NCBI GenBank assembly: GCA_017473615.1
Contig: JAFUKL010000024.1
Location: forward strand, 4,029 to 68,028
DNA length: 64,000 nucleotides
Source of the DNA: Muribaculaceae bacterium
Lineage (GTDB): Bacteria; Bacteroidota; Bacteroidia; Bacteroidales; Muribaculaceae
Direction of reading: 5' to 3'
Of the stretch, positions 36,190 to 46,584 are shown in pieces; position 1 is the first letter of the stretch; each line of letters opens with the position of its first letter. The notes beneath the pieces are model-generated. The model ran no database searches and had not been told where the DNA came from. It was given only the letters and a program-made list of their open reading frames with translations. The position numbers and the translations under genes are program-made.

Positions 36190-36829
36190 CTTCTTCCGAT
36201 ATTATAGGTTGTTCAACGATTTCTTTTAGATATTTTGATGTATCTCGGTTGAATTTGCCATTTTTCAGGTGGTGATAAATTCTCAGGCAAGCCCATGCAT
36301 CGATTGCTGCATATTGTTTCTGTGCATCGCTCAATTCCGGAATTTCCCAGTTTGAAAGCCTTTGACCTTTGGAAATCTTCTTATCGAATAGTATCGCATA
36401 TATCTTTTGAAGGCTGATGTCGCTTATACCATAGTTTTTCACCATAGTCTGCAGCTCGATGAATCCTTCAGGTGATGCCTTATCGGTGGAACGTCTCAAT
36501 ACGCCGAAGTCGTCTTTGAGCGATAACCCTATTTTAAGTATGCTGTTGTCCTCAAGAAAATCCTTCAAACTGTCGGTAATGCCTATTTTATTGATTCTAA
36601 ATAAAAAACATTCCTCAAATGTCGATAGTTGCATTAATGCCATAGGGCGAAACACACCTTTTTTGAAAGACGGGCGTGTCTCTGTATCGAAACCTATGCA
36701 GTCCTGTTTACGCAGAAACGCAATGGCTTTGCGGGCTTGAGCAGCTGATTCTATTATATGGATACGTCCCGGAAAAGTTTCAACTTCAAGTTCAGCTATT
36801 TCGTCTTTATTTATTGTAATTTGAAACAT
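36176..36829 (-). CDS. 3'-5' exonuclease domain protein (DnaQ/RNase D-like)
   Basis: Exo I is IGFDTETRP. Exo III is YAAIDAWACLRIYHHL. Confidence 0.85.
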   Translation of the reverse strand: MFQITINKDEIAELEVETFPGRIHIIESAAQARKAIAFLRKQDCIGFDTETRPSFKKGVFRPMALMQLSTFEECFLFRINKIGITDSLKDFLEDNSILKIGLSLKDDFGVLRRSTDKASPEGFIELQTMVKNYGISDISLQKIYAILFDKKISKGQRLSNWEIPELSDAQKQYAAIDAWACLRIYHHLKNGKFNRDTSKYLKEIVEQPIISEEDETH

Positions 36830-37088
36830 TTTGATTCAATATATTTCCGGTAACAAATTTAGATAAAATCTGCGAGATATTACACCGGCAGGATAATGAA
36901 AATGTTTTTTTCTTCAGAGGAAAGGTAATGAAAGGAGAGCGAAGAAAAAAACAAGTTCGCACGTTTTTTGTTGGAAATCTCACCCGCTCGCAATCGACAA
37001 TGTAGATTACGGAAGTGGCTATGCCAAAAAAATGACATAGCCACAGATGTGTTTGATTAATACCAAGCGAGGGTAATGTTTGTGTTAC

Positions 37089-38909
37089 TTAAAAGTGTAC
37101 TTTCGTGGTTTTACCTCCTTGTCGCTTGATGTAAACACCCTTTTCTGGGTTGTCTACCCGTACACCTTGCAAGTTGTAATACTCCACTGGTGTGGCTGAA
37201 CTATCAATAAATGTATTTTCTACAGTAGAAAATTTTTTCTCTGTAATAGTCCAGAAATCGCTCCATACATTAGCAGTGGAATAAATATCCTTGCAGTCTG
37301 TAGGAACTATAAGTTCTGCGTTGTCATAAACAGATTGTTCAAAGACATTTTTGTTTTCTAATAATGGAGGAGTTGGACTTTTTGAGATAATTTCTTTTAT
37401 ACTGCTGTTGTTAATAAAAGCTCCGGATTTAATCTTTTTTATCTTTGAGCCTAATGTTAATGTTTCTAATTTGCAATTGGAAAAAGCATATTCTCCTATG
37501 TTTACAACAGAATTAGGTATGGCTAATGATTTTAAGTTGCAGCCGGCGAATGATTTATCACCAATGCTTGTAACCGAATTAGGTATAGTAACGTAGGATA
37601 AATTAGAACAGTCCAAAAAAGCACCATTTTCTATTGTTTGTACTGTATTTGGGATGGTGTATTCTGATATGTTTTTTGTTGCTGGACAGCAAATTAATTT
37701 TGTTTTATCAAAAGAGTATAAAATTCCGTTTAATACTATTAATGCATTATTATTTCTATCTACTGAAATATCTTGTAATTTATTGCATCCTATTAAGAAA
37801 TTTCCAGTGTAATTTTTAAGTCCGGAACCAATTTGTATACTTTCCAATTTACTACAACGAGCAAAAGCATTGAAACCGATAGTTGTAACCGAATTAGGTA
37901 TTATTAAATCTGTAAAATTACAATAAGAAAAGGCGCTATCGCCGATAGTTATAACAGAATTAGGTATGATTAAATCTGTAAAATTACAATTATAAAAGGC
38001 GTTATCACCGATAGTTGTAACAGAATTAGGTATGATTAAATCTGTAAAATTACAATTATAAAAGGCGTTATCACCGATGGTCGTAACGGAATTTGGGATG
38101 TTTAAAGATTTTAAGTTACAATAAGAGAATGCATTGTTACCAATGGTTGTGACTGTACTTGGGATTTCATAAGTTGTTCTACTTGAGTTATTTGGATAAG
38201 CGATGAGTTTTGTCCTATCAAAGCTGAAAAGGACACCGTCTTTTGCACGAAATTGTCGATTTTCACTATCGGTAGCAAAATAATCTATAAAAGATAAGTC
38301 AAAGGCATGATTTTCAATCTCTCTTACGTTGCCCCCTAATGTCAATGTGTTGATTTCCGATCCTATAAATGCATAATCACGAATTGTGAACACTGAATTT
38401 GGAATAATATAATCTTCATTTGAAATCACGATATGATAAAATAAACAGGTTTTATCGTAATTAAATAATGTACCGCCTTCAAAACAAAAATGTTTATTAT
38501 TTGAATCGATTTGAATTGATTTTAAGTTTGGACAATCACAGAACTGACGCCCCTCAATCTCTTGTAACCCATCACCGATTTCAATGGATGTTAACCAATA
38601 GCATTGATTAAAAGCATCGTTTTTTATTATAATTACTGAATTTGGAATATTCACATACTCGGTGTAGTCGTCCCAAAATGCATGAGTGCCAATAGAAATA
38701 ACATTGTATGTTAAATTTTTATATGTTATATTTGAAGGAATAATAACATTTACCAGGTCTAAATCAGTTCCTACAACTTCAGCAGTTTTTTCTGTTTCTG
38801 AAAGAATGTTGTAATAAATACCATCAATTTCGAAATCATGAGAGAATGATTGAAAACTAACAAAAAGAGATAAGGATAACATCAGTTTCTTAAAAATAGT
38901 ATGTTTCAT
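37089..38909 (-). CDS. BspA-like leucine-rich-repeat surface protein with a T9SS C-terminal sorting domain
   Basis: It has a signal peptide, ~22-23-aa IPNSVTxIGxxAFxxCxxL repeats throughout, and a C-terminal YNLQGVRVDNPEKGVYIKRQGGKTTKVHF sorting-domain pattern. Confidence 0.9.
   Translation of the reverse strand: MKHTIFKKLMLSLSLFVSFQSFSHDFEIDGIYYNILSETEKTAEVVGTDLDLVNVIIPSNITYKNLTYNVISIGTHAFWDDYTEYVNIPNSVIIIKNDAFNQCYWLTSIEIGDGLQEIEGRQFCDCPNLKSIQIDSNNKHFCFEGGTLFNYDKTCLFYHIVISNEDYIIPNSVFTIRDYAFIGSEINTLTLGGNVREIENHAFDLSFIDYFATDSENRQFRAKDGVLFSFDRTKLIAYPNNSSRTTYEIPSTVTTIGNNAFSYCNLKSLNIPNSVTTIGDNAFYNCNFTDLIIPNSVTTIGDNAFYNCNFTDLIIPNSVITIGDSAFSYCNFTDLIIPNSVTTIGFNAFARCSKLESIQIGSGLKNYTGNFLIGCNKLQDISVDRNNNALIVLNGILYSFDKTKLICCPATKNISEYTIPNTVQTIENGAFLDCSNLSYVTIPNSVTSIGDKSFAGCNLKSLAIPNSVVNIGEYAFSNCKLETLTLGSKIKKIKSGAFINNSSIKEIISKSPTPPLLENKNVFEQSVYDNAELIVPTDCKDIYSTANVWSDFWTITEKKFSTVENTFIDSSATPVEYYNLQGVRVDNPEKGVYIKRQGGKTTKVHF
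37902..38099. repeat. Three near-identical tandem 66-bp units inside the LRR gene
   Basis: Units start at 37902, 37968 and 38034. They encode IPNSVTTIGDNAFYNCNFTDLI repeated nearly verbatim. Confidence 0.9.
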
Positions 38910-38959
38910 AAATAAAGAATATTTATGCCAACTAAGTCCCGAGATGGCGATTTATATAA

Positions 38960-39185
38960 AAAAATAAGGTGTGGGACTATATTTGCTTTATCCTATTAAC
39001 AGGCTTCTCGCATTGCCTACGGTATGGATAAAACAACAGCCCACACCAATTTGACAATATCATGACCCTTATAAGGAGATATATCAAACGGTGTGGTGCT
39101 ATTGCCACCATCTTCATACCGTTTCAAATTTTGCGAGAATTTGTCAATAGAAGATAATTTCAATAACACCTTTCTGATAATATGT
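38960..39185 (-). ncRNA. Conserved ~225-nt candidate structured 5' leader RNA (copy 1), upstream of the LRR gene
   Basis: It aligns block by block with 53845-54083. Nested helices are 39005-39012/39132-39139, 39019-39026/39115-39122 and 39034-39040/39098-39104. The middle helix differs in sequence but stays complementary in copy 2. Confidence 0.5.
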
Positions 39186-39216
39186 CTGCTCGCACATGTT
39201 ATGTGTGTGAACGATA

Positions 39217-39224
39217 CAAAGGTA
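39217..39224 (-). promoter_or_regulatory. Candidate -7 box TACCTTTG (minus strand) upstream of leader copy 1
   Basis: It matches TAnnTTTG ~30 nt upstream of the conserved element. Confidence 0.4.
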
Positions 39225-39370
39225 TAAAATAATTAGGAATTAGGAGTCAGGTGATAAAAGTTTTTTGCATATACTGGTCATTAATCGACAATGTAGAAAT
39301 TATGTAAGGGGCTGTACTGAAATTGAAGTACAGCCCCTACTTATCTGATTTTTAGGATAGTTGAATTTGC

Positions 39371-39769
39371 TTAACTTACAGTGCAGCCTTTTTCTGTAAT
39401 GTTAAGAGTAGCTTTTTTAACAGTTTTACCCTTGGTCGTTTTTAGATATAAAGTCATTTTAAGAGTTCCTTTAAGACCTGATACACCACCGGAAAATTCA
39501 GATTTAAATTCATCAACGATCACGTTGAATAAATACAAAGCTTCATCCTTGGTTAAAGCGTTCCATGATTCAGATGCAAGTTCAGAATTCATTTCAGATT
39601 CCAATTCGACTAATTGCTGAGCAGTGAATCCGCCACCGGATAGATCTAATTCAACGAAATAATCTTGAATACCCAATTCTTCATCTTCATCATCATCACT
39701 ACAGCTCACCATTGGTAAGCATAATGCCATCAAAAGCAGCACATAAGAAAAGTACTTTAATTTTTTCAT
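39371..39769 (-). CDS. Small acidic lipoprotein (132 aa), function unknown
   Basis: Lipobox LPMVSCSDDDEDEE. It is preceded by a promoter motif shared with the nine-gene operon. Confidence 0.65.
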   Translation of the reverse strand: MKKLKYFSYVLLLMALCLPMVSCSDDDEDEELGIQDYFVELDLSGGGFTAQQLVELESEMNSELASESWNALTKDEALYLFNVIVDEFKSEFSGGVSGLKGTLKMTLYLKTTKGKTVKKATLNITEKGCTVS

Positions 39770-39804
39770 TTTTATTTAATTTTATTGATTAGTGTTTTAC
39801 GTGG

Positions 39805-39812
39805 CAAAATTA
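39805..39812 (-). promoter_or_regulatory. Candidate -7 box TAATTTTG (minus strand) for the 132-aa lipoprotein gene
   Basis: It matches TAnnTTTG ~35 nt upstream of the ATG at 39769. A G7 run (39832-39838) lies 19 nt further upstream. Confidence 0.45.
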
Positions 39813-39993
39813 AACAAAAGTTTACGTTTTACCCCCCCAATTGTTAAAAATGTATAATAAGATAAAGTTGCAGATTATTTGGTATTTTTTTGTTTGTCGT
39901 TGAAGTGAAATGTTGTGGTAGATTGGGGTTTTGTTTTCATGTGTAGAAAAAATACGCTATTTTTGTATATTGGTTTGATACAGGTAATATGGA

Positions 39994-40938
39994 ATGAAGA
40001 TTTTTTGTGCAAAATATATAATTTCGTTGTTATTGCTGCAGTGTGTTACTTCGTGTTTTACAGGGATTGAAAATACAAAGAAGATAACAGAAAAGGACGT
40101 GGCTAAGGTAGTGCAGGAAAGAGCCGGAATGACCGAACAAGAGACTGCATACAATAGCATCGTTGCCGATTCCTTTCCGACTTGGGAAAGAGGCAAGCGG
40201 TTTCATGTGGTAGATAATGGTATAAAACGTATTTTTTCACCTTCTTCGCAGTATGATGCCGATACATTGAATATCGCCGGGAAAATATTGGAGTATACCG
40301 GATATACTGAGGGGAGTATATTGGATAATGAGCCTAAGATTAATTTATGCTTTTCTGATGGGGTGAATGAGTATGTTTATTCCACCAATAAAACCTTAGA
40401 AGAAATAGAACGTCAGCAGATAATGTTGCAAGTACCTTTCTTGGTAGATGCCGCTCTCGTCGAGAAATATGATGAATTGCTCGAAAGAAAGGTGTTTTAT
40501 ATACGCACGTCTATATGGTATAATGAGAAAGGTGAGATGATTCCGGGTAAGAAATTCATAAGGGTGAAAATAATCGATGTTCTTCCCGGTGACAAGGTGT
40601 TTCCGTTACGGGTTATGTTTGAGACTGAAGACGGTGCAAAAGCCTGTTTGTTTATGTCTACTAAACAATCTTCTGTGCAAAATCGTCTCTTTGACAATTT
40701 GTTTTCGGAAAAAGATATAAGGCTTAATTATCCGCTGATTACCGAAACCACTTGGAAACATATAGTTAACGGTACTGTTGCAATAGATATGACGAAAGAT
40801 GAGTGCCGACTGTCACTTGGAACACCGGGAAGTATTCAGGAACGTCCCACTTATGACGGACTTCAAGAATACTGGTTCTATGGAGATGGAATGTATTTGA
40901 TATTTTTTGACGGCAGGCTGAAGCAATTTAGACGATGA
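39994..40938 (+). CDS. Lipoprotein (314 aa), possible BamE/SmpA_OmlA-like C-terminal module
   Basis: Lipobox-like LLLLQCVTSCF. The C-terminal DMTKDECRLSLGTPGSIQER pattern resembles SmpA/OmlA domains, but this is weak. Confidence 0.6.
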   Translation: MKIFCAKYIISLLLLQCVTSCFTGIENTKKITEKDVAKVVQERAGMTEQETAYNSIVADSFPTWERGKRFHVVDNGIKRIFSPSSQYDADTLNIAGKILEYTGYTEGSILDNEPKINLCFSDGVNEYVYSTNKTLEEIERQQIMLQVPFLVDAALVEKYDELLERKVFYIRTSIWYNEKGEMIPGKKFIRVKIIDVLPGDKVFPLRVMFETEDGAKACLFMSTKQSSVQNRLFDNLFSEKDIRLNYPLITETTWKHIVNGTVAIDMTKDECRLSLGTPGSIQERPTYDGLQEYWFYGDGMYLIFFDGRLKQFRR

Positions 40939-41708
40939 ATACACATGGAGAAATAGAGTTCTTGGGTACAGGTACATCTACAGGGATACCTGTAATAGGC
41001 TGTGACTGTGAAGTGTGCCGCTCATGCGACAGTAAAGACAAGCGTTTGAGAACATCTGCCATAGTGCGTATTGCAGGGAAAAGTATATTGATAGATTGTG
41101 GCCCTGACTTCAGGGAACAGATGCTTAGAGCTACGTCGAGTGTTCTTGATATGGTGTTGCTCACTCACAGCCATTACGACCATGTAGGCGGTATCGATGA
41201 CTTGCGCCCGTATTGTTATCCCGATCATTTTCCGGTTTTTGCGCAGTGTAATGTCTTGGAAGACCTGCGGGAAAGAGTGCCATATTGTTTCACTGAAAAT
41301 CCATACCCCGGTGTACCACAATTTAAATTAAATGTAGCCGATGCCGACCATTCGATAGATTTTGAGGGGTTGCATATAGAAGTGCTGCCTATATGGCATT
41401 ATAAACTGTTGATAAACGGATTCAGGATAGGTGAGCATCTTGCCTATATCACTGATGCCAAGGCTATTGATGATGCAGTGGTGAAAATATTGAAAGGTGT
41501 GGACTTATTGGTGATAAATTCATTGCGCAAAGCGCCGCACATGTCGCACATGTCACTTGAGGAAACTCTTGATGCCATAAAGAGAATAAGCCCTAAAAAC
41601 GCCTATCTTATTCACATGAGCCATGATATGGGTAGGCATGAGGATGTTTCAAAGGAACTTCCGGACGGAGTGCATTTTGCCTATGATGGGATGATTGTAC
41701 GATTTTAA
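40935..41708 (+). CDS. MBL-fold metallo-hydrolase (PhnP/GPR-like)
   Basis: LTHSHYDHVGG metal-binding motif. The N-terminus is FLGTGTSTGIP. Confidence 0.85.
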   Translation: MNTHGEIEFLGTGTSTGIPVIGCDCEVCRSCDSKDKRLRTSAIVRIAGKSILIDCGPDFREQMLRATSSVLDMVLLTHSHYDHVGGIDDLRPYCYPDHFPVFAQCNVLEDLRERVPYCFTENPYPGVPQFKLNVADADHSIDFEGLHIEVLPIWHYKLLINGFRIGEHLAYITDAKAIDDAVVKILKGVDLLVINSLRKAPHMSHMSLEETLDAIKRISPKNAYLIHMSHDMGRHEDVSKELPDGVHFAYDGMIVRF

Positions 41709-41900
41709 TTTTGTGTAAAAAACAGAAAATGTGGCAAATTGCTACTTTGTGTTGATTGATGGATGGAATTTTAGGCATTTTTTAACAAAAAAAATCTTGA
41801 ATGACGAAAAAATCCTATATATTTGTATCGGATTATTTAAACAACCTTTAAGCAGGTTCTAATAACGAGAAGAACAATAACAACCTAAATATAAATTATC

Positions 41901-43238
41901 ATGAAGGTAGAAGATATTTTAAGTAACTTGGAGGCAAAACATCCGGGTGAAAAAGAGTATTTGCAAGCAGTAAAAGAAGTTTTACTATCGGTAAAGGATG
42001 TTTACAACCTGCATCCTGAGTTTGAAAAAGCAAAAATTATCGAAAGAATGGTTGAACCCGACCGCATTTTTACATTCCGTGTTACATGGCTCGACGATAA
42101 GGGTGAGGTACAGACCAACCTCGGCTACCGTGTGCAGTTTAATAATGCGATAGGTCCGTATAAAGGCGGTATTCGTTTCCATGCTTCGGTAAATTTGTCT
42201 ATTTTGAAATTCTTAGGCTTTGAGCAGACATTCAAGAATGCCCTTACTACATTGCCAATGGGTGGAGGTAAAGGCGGTTCTGACTTCAGCCCGAGAGGCA
42301 AGAGTGATAAGGAAATCATGCGTTTCTGTCAAGCGTTCATTCTCGAATTATGGAGAAATCTTGGTCCCGACCGCGATGTTCCTGCAGGCGATATAGGCGT
42401 AGGCGGTCGCGAAGTGGGATATATGTATGGAATGTACAAGAAGTTGGCTCAAGAACATACTGGAACATTCACCGGTAAGGGGCTTGATTTCGGTGGTTCA
42501 AAGATTCGTCCTGAGGCTACCGGTTTCGGAGCATGCTATTTTGTTCAGGATATGCTTGCTACCAAAGGTGAGACGTTTGCGGGCAAGACCGTGGCTATTT
42601 CCGGTTTTGGTAATGTGGCATGGGGTGCAGCAACCAAGGCTACCGAATTAGGCGCGAAAGTGGTTACGATTTCAGGACCTGACGGATATGTCTATGACCC
42701 TGATGGAATTTCTGGTGACAAGATCGATTATATGCTTGAATTACGTTCTTCAGGTGAGGATATTGTTGCTCCATACGCTGAAAAATATCCTAATGCTCAA
42801 TTCTTTGCCGGAAAGAAACCTTGGGAAGTTAAGGTGGATATTGCAATGCCTTGTGCTACCCAAAACGAGCTTGGTAAAGAGGATGCCGATAATTTGGTTA
42901 AGAATGGCGTACAGATTGTGGGTGAAGTTTCTAACATGGGATGTACACCTGAGGCTATCGATACGTTTATCGAGAATAAGGTACTATACGGACCTGGTAA
43001 GGCAGTTAATGCCGGAGGTGTTGCCACTTCAGGCTTGGAAATGAGTCAGAATGCAATGCACTTGTCATGGAGTGAGGCTGAAGTTGATGAAAAACTTCAT
43101 GGTATAATGCGTGATATTCACACTCAATGCGTGAAGTATGGAACCGAAGATGACGGTTACATTAATTATATGAAGGGTGCCAATATTGCGGGATTTATGA
43201 AGGTTGCCAATGCAATGATGGGACAAGGTGTGATATAG
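41901..43238 (+). CDS. gdhA: NADP-specific glutamate dehydrogenase
   Basis: GPYKGGIRFH and LPMGGGKGGSDF catalytic motifs. GFGNVAW Rossmann motif. 445 aa. Confidence 0.95.
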   Translation: MKVEDILSNLEAKHPGEKEYLQAVKEVLLSVKDVYNLHPEFEKAKIIERMVEPDRIFTFRVTWLDDKGEVQTNLGYRVQFNNAIGPYKGGIRFHASVNLSILKFLGFEQTFKNALTTLPMGGGKGGSDFSPRGKSDKEIMRFCQAFILELWRNLGPDRDVPAGDIGVGGREVGYMYGMYKKLAQEHTGTFTGKGLDFGGSKIRPEATGFGACYFVQDMLATKGETFAGKTVAISGFGNVAWGAATKATELGAKVVTISGPDGYVYDPDGISGDKIDYMLELRSSGEDIVAPYAEKYPNAQFFAGKKPWEVKVDIAMPCATQNELGKEDADNLVKNGVQIVGEVSNMGCTPEAIDTFIENKVLYGPGKAVNAGGVATSGLEMSQNAMHLSWSEAEVDEKLHGIMRDIHTQCVKYGTEDDGYINYMKGANIAGFMKVANAMMGQGVI

Positions 43239-43294
43239 TATACTCCTATTGAGCTAAATCTTAATGCCTTGCATTTTGTAATTCTTATAAACCT

Positions 43295-43331
43295 AAAGGA
43301 GCTGAGCCAAAAAATGACACAGCTCCTTTTT
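43295..43331 (+). terminator. Intrinsic terminator of gdhA (shares a 31-nt block with the terminator at 9416-9446)
   Basis: aaaggagctg..cagctccttt followed by ttt. Confidence 0.8.
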
Positions 43332-43351
43332 GTGTATCTGTTTTTTGTGAT

Positions 43352-44413
43352 TTATGCTTTGTTGATATAATCCACAATCCATGCTCCAATATTGGAAGTT
43401 CCGTATTTGGCACCCCCTTCTACTTGGATTTCAGGAGTACGCACGTTTGCATCAAGCGACGCATCTACTGCTTTTCGTATTAATGTTCCTTCTTCTTTTA
43501 AGTCAAAGTATTCAAACAGCATTGCTACCGATAGGATTTGAGCCAATGGATTGGCGATATTCAACCCCTTTGCTTGAGGCCAAGAACCATGAATAGGTTC
43601 AAATACCGGTGTACTTTCGCCTGTTGATGCTGATGGCAACAAACCCATTGAACCGCTGATTACCGAACCTTCGTCGGTGAGAATATCACCGAAAGTGTTT
43701 TCAGTAACCATCACATCAAAGAATTTAGGGTCTTGAATCATACGCATAGCGGCATTATCAACATACATATAGTCTGTGTTAACTTCAGGATACTGTGGTG
43801 CCATTTCCTGTGCAATTTGTCTCCATAGTCGGCTTGACGCAAGAACGTTGGCTTTGTCTACTACTGTCAGATGTTTGTTGCGTTTCATTGCATACTCAAA
43901 TCCCACTTTCAGTATGCGTTCGATTTCAGGACGAGTATAGTAGTTGGTATCGTATGCCTTATCGTTGTCTTGATATTTCTCACCAAAGTACATACCACCC
44001 GTAAGTTCGCGTATACAGATGAAATCGGCACCTTCTACCAATTCTGTGCGAAGAGGAGATTTGTGTAGCAGGCATTTGAACGTTTGTACAGGACGAATAT
44101 TTGCAAAAAGTCCTAATTTTTTACGCATTGCAAGCAAGCCTTGTTCGGGACGAACTTTTGCCGTAGGGTCATTGTCAAATTTAGGATCACCCACAGCCGA
44201 GAAGAGAACAGCATCGGCATTTTTGCACACATTGTATGTTTCCTCAGGGAACGGGTCGCCTACTTTATCTATGGCATCGGCACCACATATTGCATATTCA
44301 TAAGAAACCTCATGACCGAACTTGTTGCATACTGCAGTCATTACATCTACACCCTGTTTTGATATTTCCGGTCCTATACCGTCGCCCGGAAGAACAGCTA
44401 TTTTCAATTCCAT
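43352..44413 (-). CDS. leuB: 3-isopropylmalate dehydrogenase
   Basis: [13 protein letters not shown] at the N-terminus and the [25 protein letters not shown] signature. Confidence 0.95.
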   Translation of the reverse strand: MELKIAVLPGDGIGPEISKQGVDVMTAVCNKFGHEVSYEYAICGADAIDKVGDPFPEETYNVCKNADAVLFSAVGDPKFDNDPTAKVRPEQGLLAMRKKLGLFANIRPVQTFKCLLHKSPLRTELVEGADFICIRELTGGMYFGEKYQDNDKAYDTNYYTRPEIERILKVGFEYAMKRNKHLTVVDKANVLASSRLWRQIAQEMAPQYPEVNTDYMYVDNAAMRMIQDPKFFDVMVTENTFGDILTDEGSVISGSMGLLPSASTGESTPVFEPIHGSWPQAKGLNIANPLAQILSVAMLFEYFDLKEEGTLIRKAVDASLDANVRTPEIQVEGGAKYGTSNIGAWIVDYINKA

Positions 44414-44426
44414 ATTGTGTATATAT

Positions 44427-45944
44427 TTATAAGTTTTCTATAATGTTAAGCATTTTCACTGTAGCTTGAATTGCCGCTTCTATCTGGTCGGCATCAAGCC
44501 CTCGTGTTTTGATGGAATGCCCTTCGTATTCCCAACTGATATTGGTTTGAACCAAGGCATCGGTTCTACCGCCGGGTGGAATTGTTACAGAGTAGTTGGT
44601 AAGCAGAGGGAATTTACGGTTAAGATTGTCTTTGTATATGCGTTTTACGGCCTTTACAAAAGCATCGTATTGACCATCACCCACGGCGCTCTGCTGGTAT
44701 TCTGTCCCTTCTATGTCAAGTTTTACCGTAGCGGTAGGGCGCAGTCCTTGAGATAGGCTTAGGGCATAATTAACTACCCTTACATGATTGTGTTGAATGC
44801 TGTGTTTCAATGTGTCGGCAACGATATAAGGGAGATCGGATTGTGTTACAATCTCTTTTTTGTCTCCAAGTTCGATGATACGTTGCGTAACTTTCTTTAT
44901 ATCCTCTTCATTTAGTTCTATGCCGAGTGCTTCAAGATTCTTTTTGATGTTGGCTTTTCCTGAAGTTTTGCCAAGAGCATACTCACGCTCTCTGCCGAAA
45001 CGTTCAGGTAACAAATCATTAAAATACAGATTGTTCTTTGAATCTCCATCGGCGTGTACTCCGGCACATTGAGTAAAGACGTTGTCTCCGATGATTGGTT
45101 TATTTGAAGGAACGATAACACCTGATAAAGCCTCAACGATATGGCTGATTTTGTTGATTTTTGATTCATCAATACCTGTTGCCATTTTCAGCATGTCATG
45201 AACAACAGCCACAACGCTTGACATAGGAGCGTTGCCGGCACGTTCGCCAAGTCCGTTGATAGTGCAATGTAATCCCTTTATGCCCACAAGACCTGCTGCA
45301 AAAGAATTGGATGTAGCCAAGTCGTAATCGTTATGTGCATGAAAATCGAAATGAAGTTGGGGAAAACGCGTAACCATGCGTTTGCAGTATTCAAACACTT
45401 GATTAGGGTTCATGATGCCAAGTGTATCGGGCAGCATGAATCTTTCAATGGGCAAGTCCTTGAGGTTATCCACCATATCGTAAACGTATTGTGGAGACTT
45501 GATTATACCGTTAGACCAGTCCTCAAGATATATGTTTATGCTCAGACCTTGAGATTTAGCCATTTCCACTTCTCGGCGAATGTCTGCCCAATGTTCTTCC
45601 GGTGTTTTTTTAAGTTGCAGTCGGCAATGTCTCTCCGAGCCTTTCGCCAAAAGGTTTATAACTTTTCCGCCTACGTCTTTCACCCATTTAATGGAAACAC
45701 CATTGTCGATGAAGCCAAGAATCTCGATGCGTTCGAGGTTGCCTGTACGCTTAGCCCATGAGCAGATTTTGGTTACGGACTCAAACTCGCCCGATGATAC
45801 ACGTGCCGAAGCTATTTCGATGCGCGGCACGTGCAGTTCGGTAAGTAAGAGTTTGGTTATCGACAGCTTTTCCGATGGAGAGAAACTCACACCAGAAGTC
45901 TGTTCACCGTCTCGTAGAGTAGTATCGAGTAATTCAATTTGCAT
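44427..45944 (-). CDS. cimA: Citramalate synthase / 2-isopropylmalate synthase paralog
   Basis: The [15 protein letters not shown]-like N-terminus, the HAHND motif and a C-terminal LeuA-dimer-type domain. It is a second paralog in the same operon as leuA. The cimA assignment is inferred. Confidence 0.75.
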   Translation of the reverse strand: MQIELLDTTLRDGEQTSGVSFSPSEKLSITKLLLTELHVPRIEIASARVSSGEFESVTKICSWAKRTGNLERIEILGFIDNGVSIKWVKDVGGKVINLLAKGSERHCRLQLKKTPEEHWADIRREVEMAKSQGLSINIYLEDWSNGIIKSPQYVYDMVDNLKDLPIERFMLPDTLGIMNPNQVFEYCKRMVTRFPQLHFDFHAHNDYDLATSNSFAAGLVGIKGLHCTINGLGERAGNAPMSSVVAVVHDMLKMATGIDESKINKISHIVEALSGVIVPSNKPIIGDNVFTQCAGVHADGDSKNNLYFNDLLPERFGREREYALGKTSGKANIKKNLEALGIELNEEDIKKVTQRIIELGDKKEIVTQSDLPYIVADTLKHSIQHNHVRVVNYALSLSQGLRPTATVKLDIEGTEYQQSAVGDGQYDAFVKAVKRIYKDNLNRKFPLLTNYSVTIPPGGRTDALVQTNISWEYEGHSIKTRGLDADQIEAAIQATVKMLNIIENL

Positions 45945-45970
45945 TTGTAGATTATGCTGAATGAATATGT

Positions 45971-46561
45971 TTATTTATGATTGTTTTCCCATGCTGTAAT
46001 GTCATCTTTCTTACTCAGAAGAAAATCAATGTCGTCATATCCTTGAAGAAGACAATTTTTCTTGTAAGGATTAATGTCGAATGACTCTTGCTCTCCGGTA
46101 GCTTCGTTTGTGATGGTTTGTTCCTCTAAATTGACCGTTACCAATGCTTTGGGATTTGCCTTTATAGAAGAAAATAGAGATGCGAGAAACTTTTCACTTA
46201 CGACAACGGGAAGTACGCAGTTGTTAAGTGCATTGTTCTTGAATATATCGGCAAAGAAACTGGAAACGACAACCTTGAATCCATAGCCGGCTACTGCCCA
46301 TGCTGCATGTTCGCGACTGGAGCCGGAACCGAAGTTTTTCCCTGCTACAAGAATTGTTCCGCTGTAAGTAGGGTCGTTAAGTACGAATGACTTTATCGGG
46401 TTGCCGTCTTTGTCGTATCGCCAATCACGGAACAAGTTGTCGCCGAAACCTTGACGGGACGTAGCTTTAAGGAAACGTGCCGGAATTATCTGGTCGGTAT
46501 CTACGTTCTCCATAGGTAATGGAATGCAAGTAGACGAGAATGTTACAAATTTATCTTTCAT
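45971..46561 (-). CDS. leuD: 3-isopropylmalate dehydratase small subunit
   Basis: [13 protein letters not shown] motif. 196 aa. Adjacent to leuC. Confidence 0.95.
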   Translation of the reverse strand: MKDKFVTFSSTCIPLPMENVDTDQIIPARFLKATSRQGFGDNLFRDWRYDKDGNPIKSFVLNDPTYSGTILVAGKNFGSGSSREHAAWAVAGYGFKVVVSSFFADIFKNNALNNCVLPVVVSEKFLASLFSSIKANPKALVTVNLEEQTITNEATGEQESFDINPYKKNCLLQGYDDIDFLLSKKDDITAWENNHK

Positions 46562-46584
46562 AATTTGAGAATTAGTGTGAATAG

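Noticed and set aside
39283-39312. Resemblance of ACAATGTAGAAATTATGTAAGG to a Xer/dif-type site (compare the E. coli dif arm TTATGTTAAAT).
   Set aside because: The similarity covers only ~6-8 nt. The second copy (36990-37015) does not preserve the dif-like arm (TTACGGAAG). The location does not suggest a replication terminus. I kept it only as a repeat observation.
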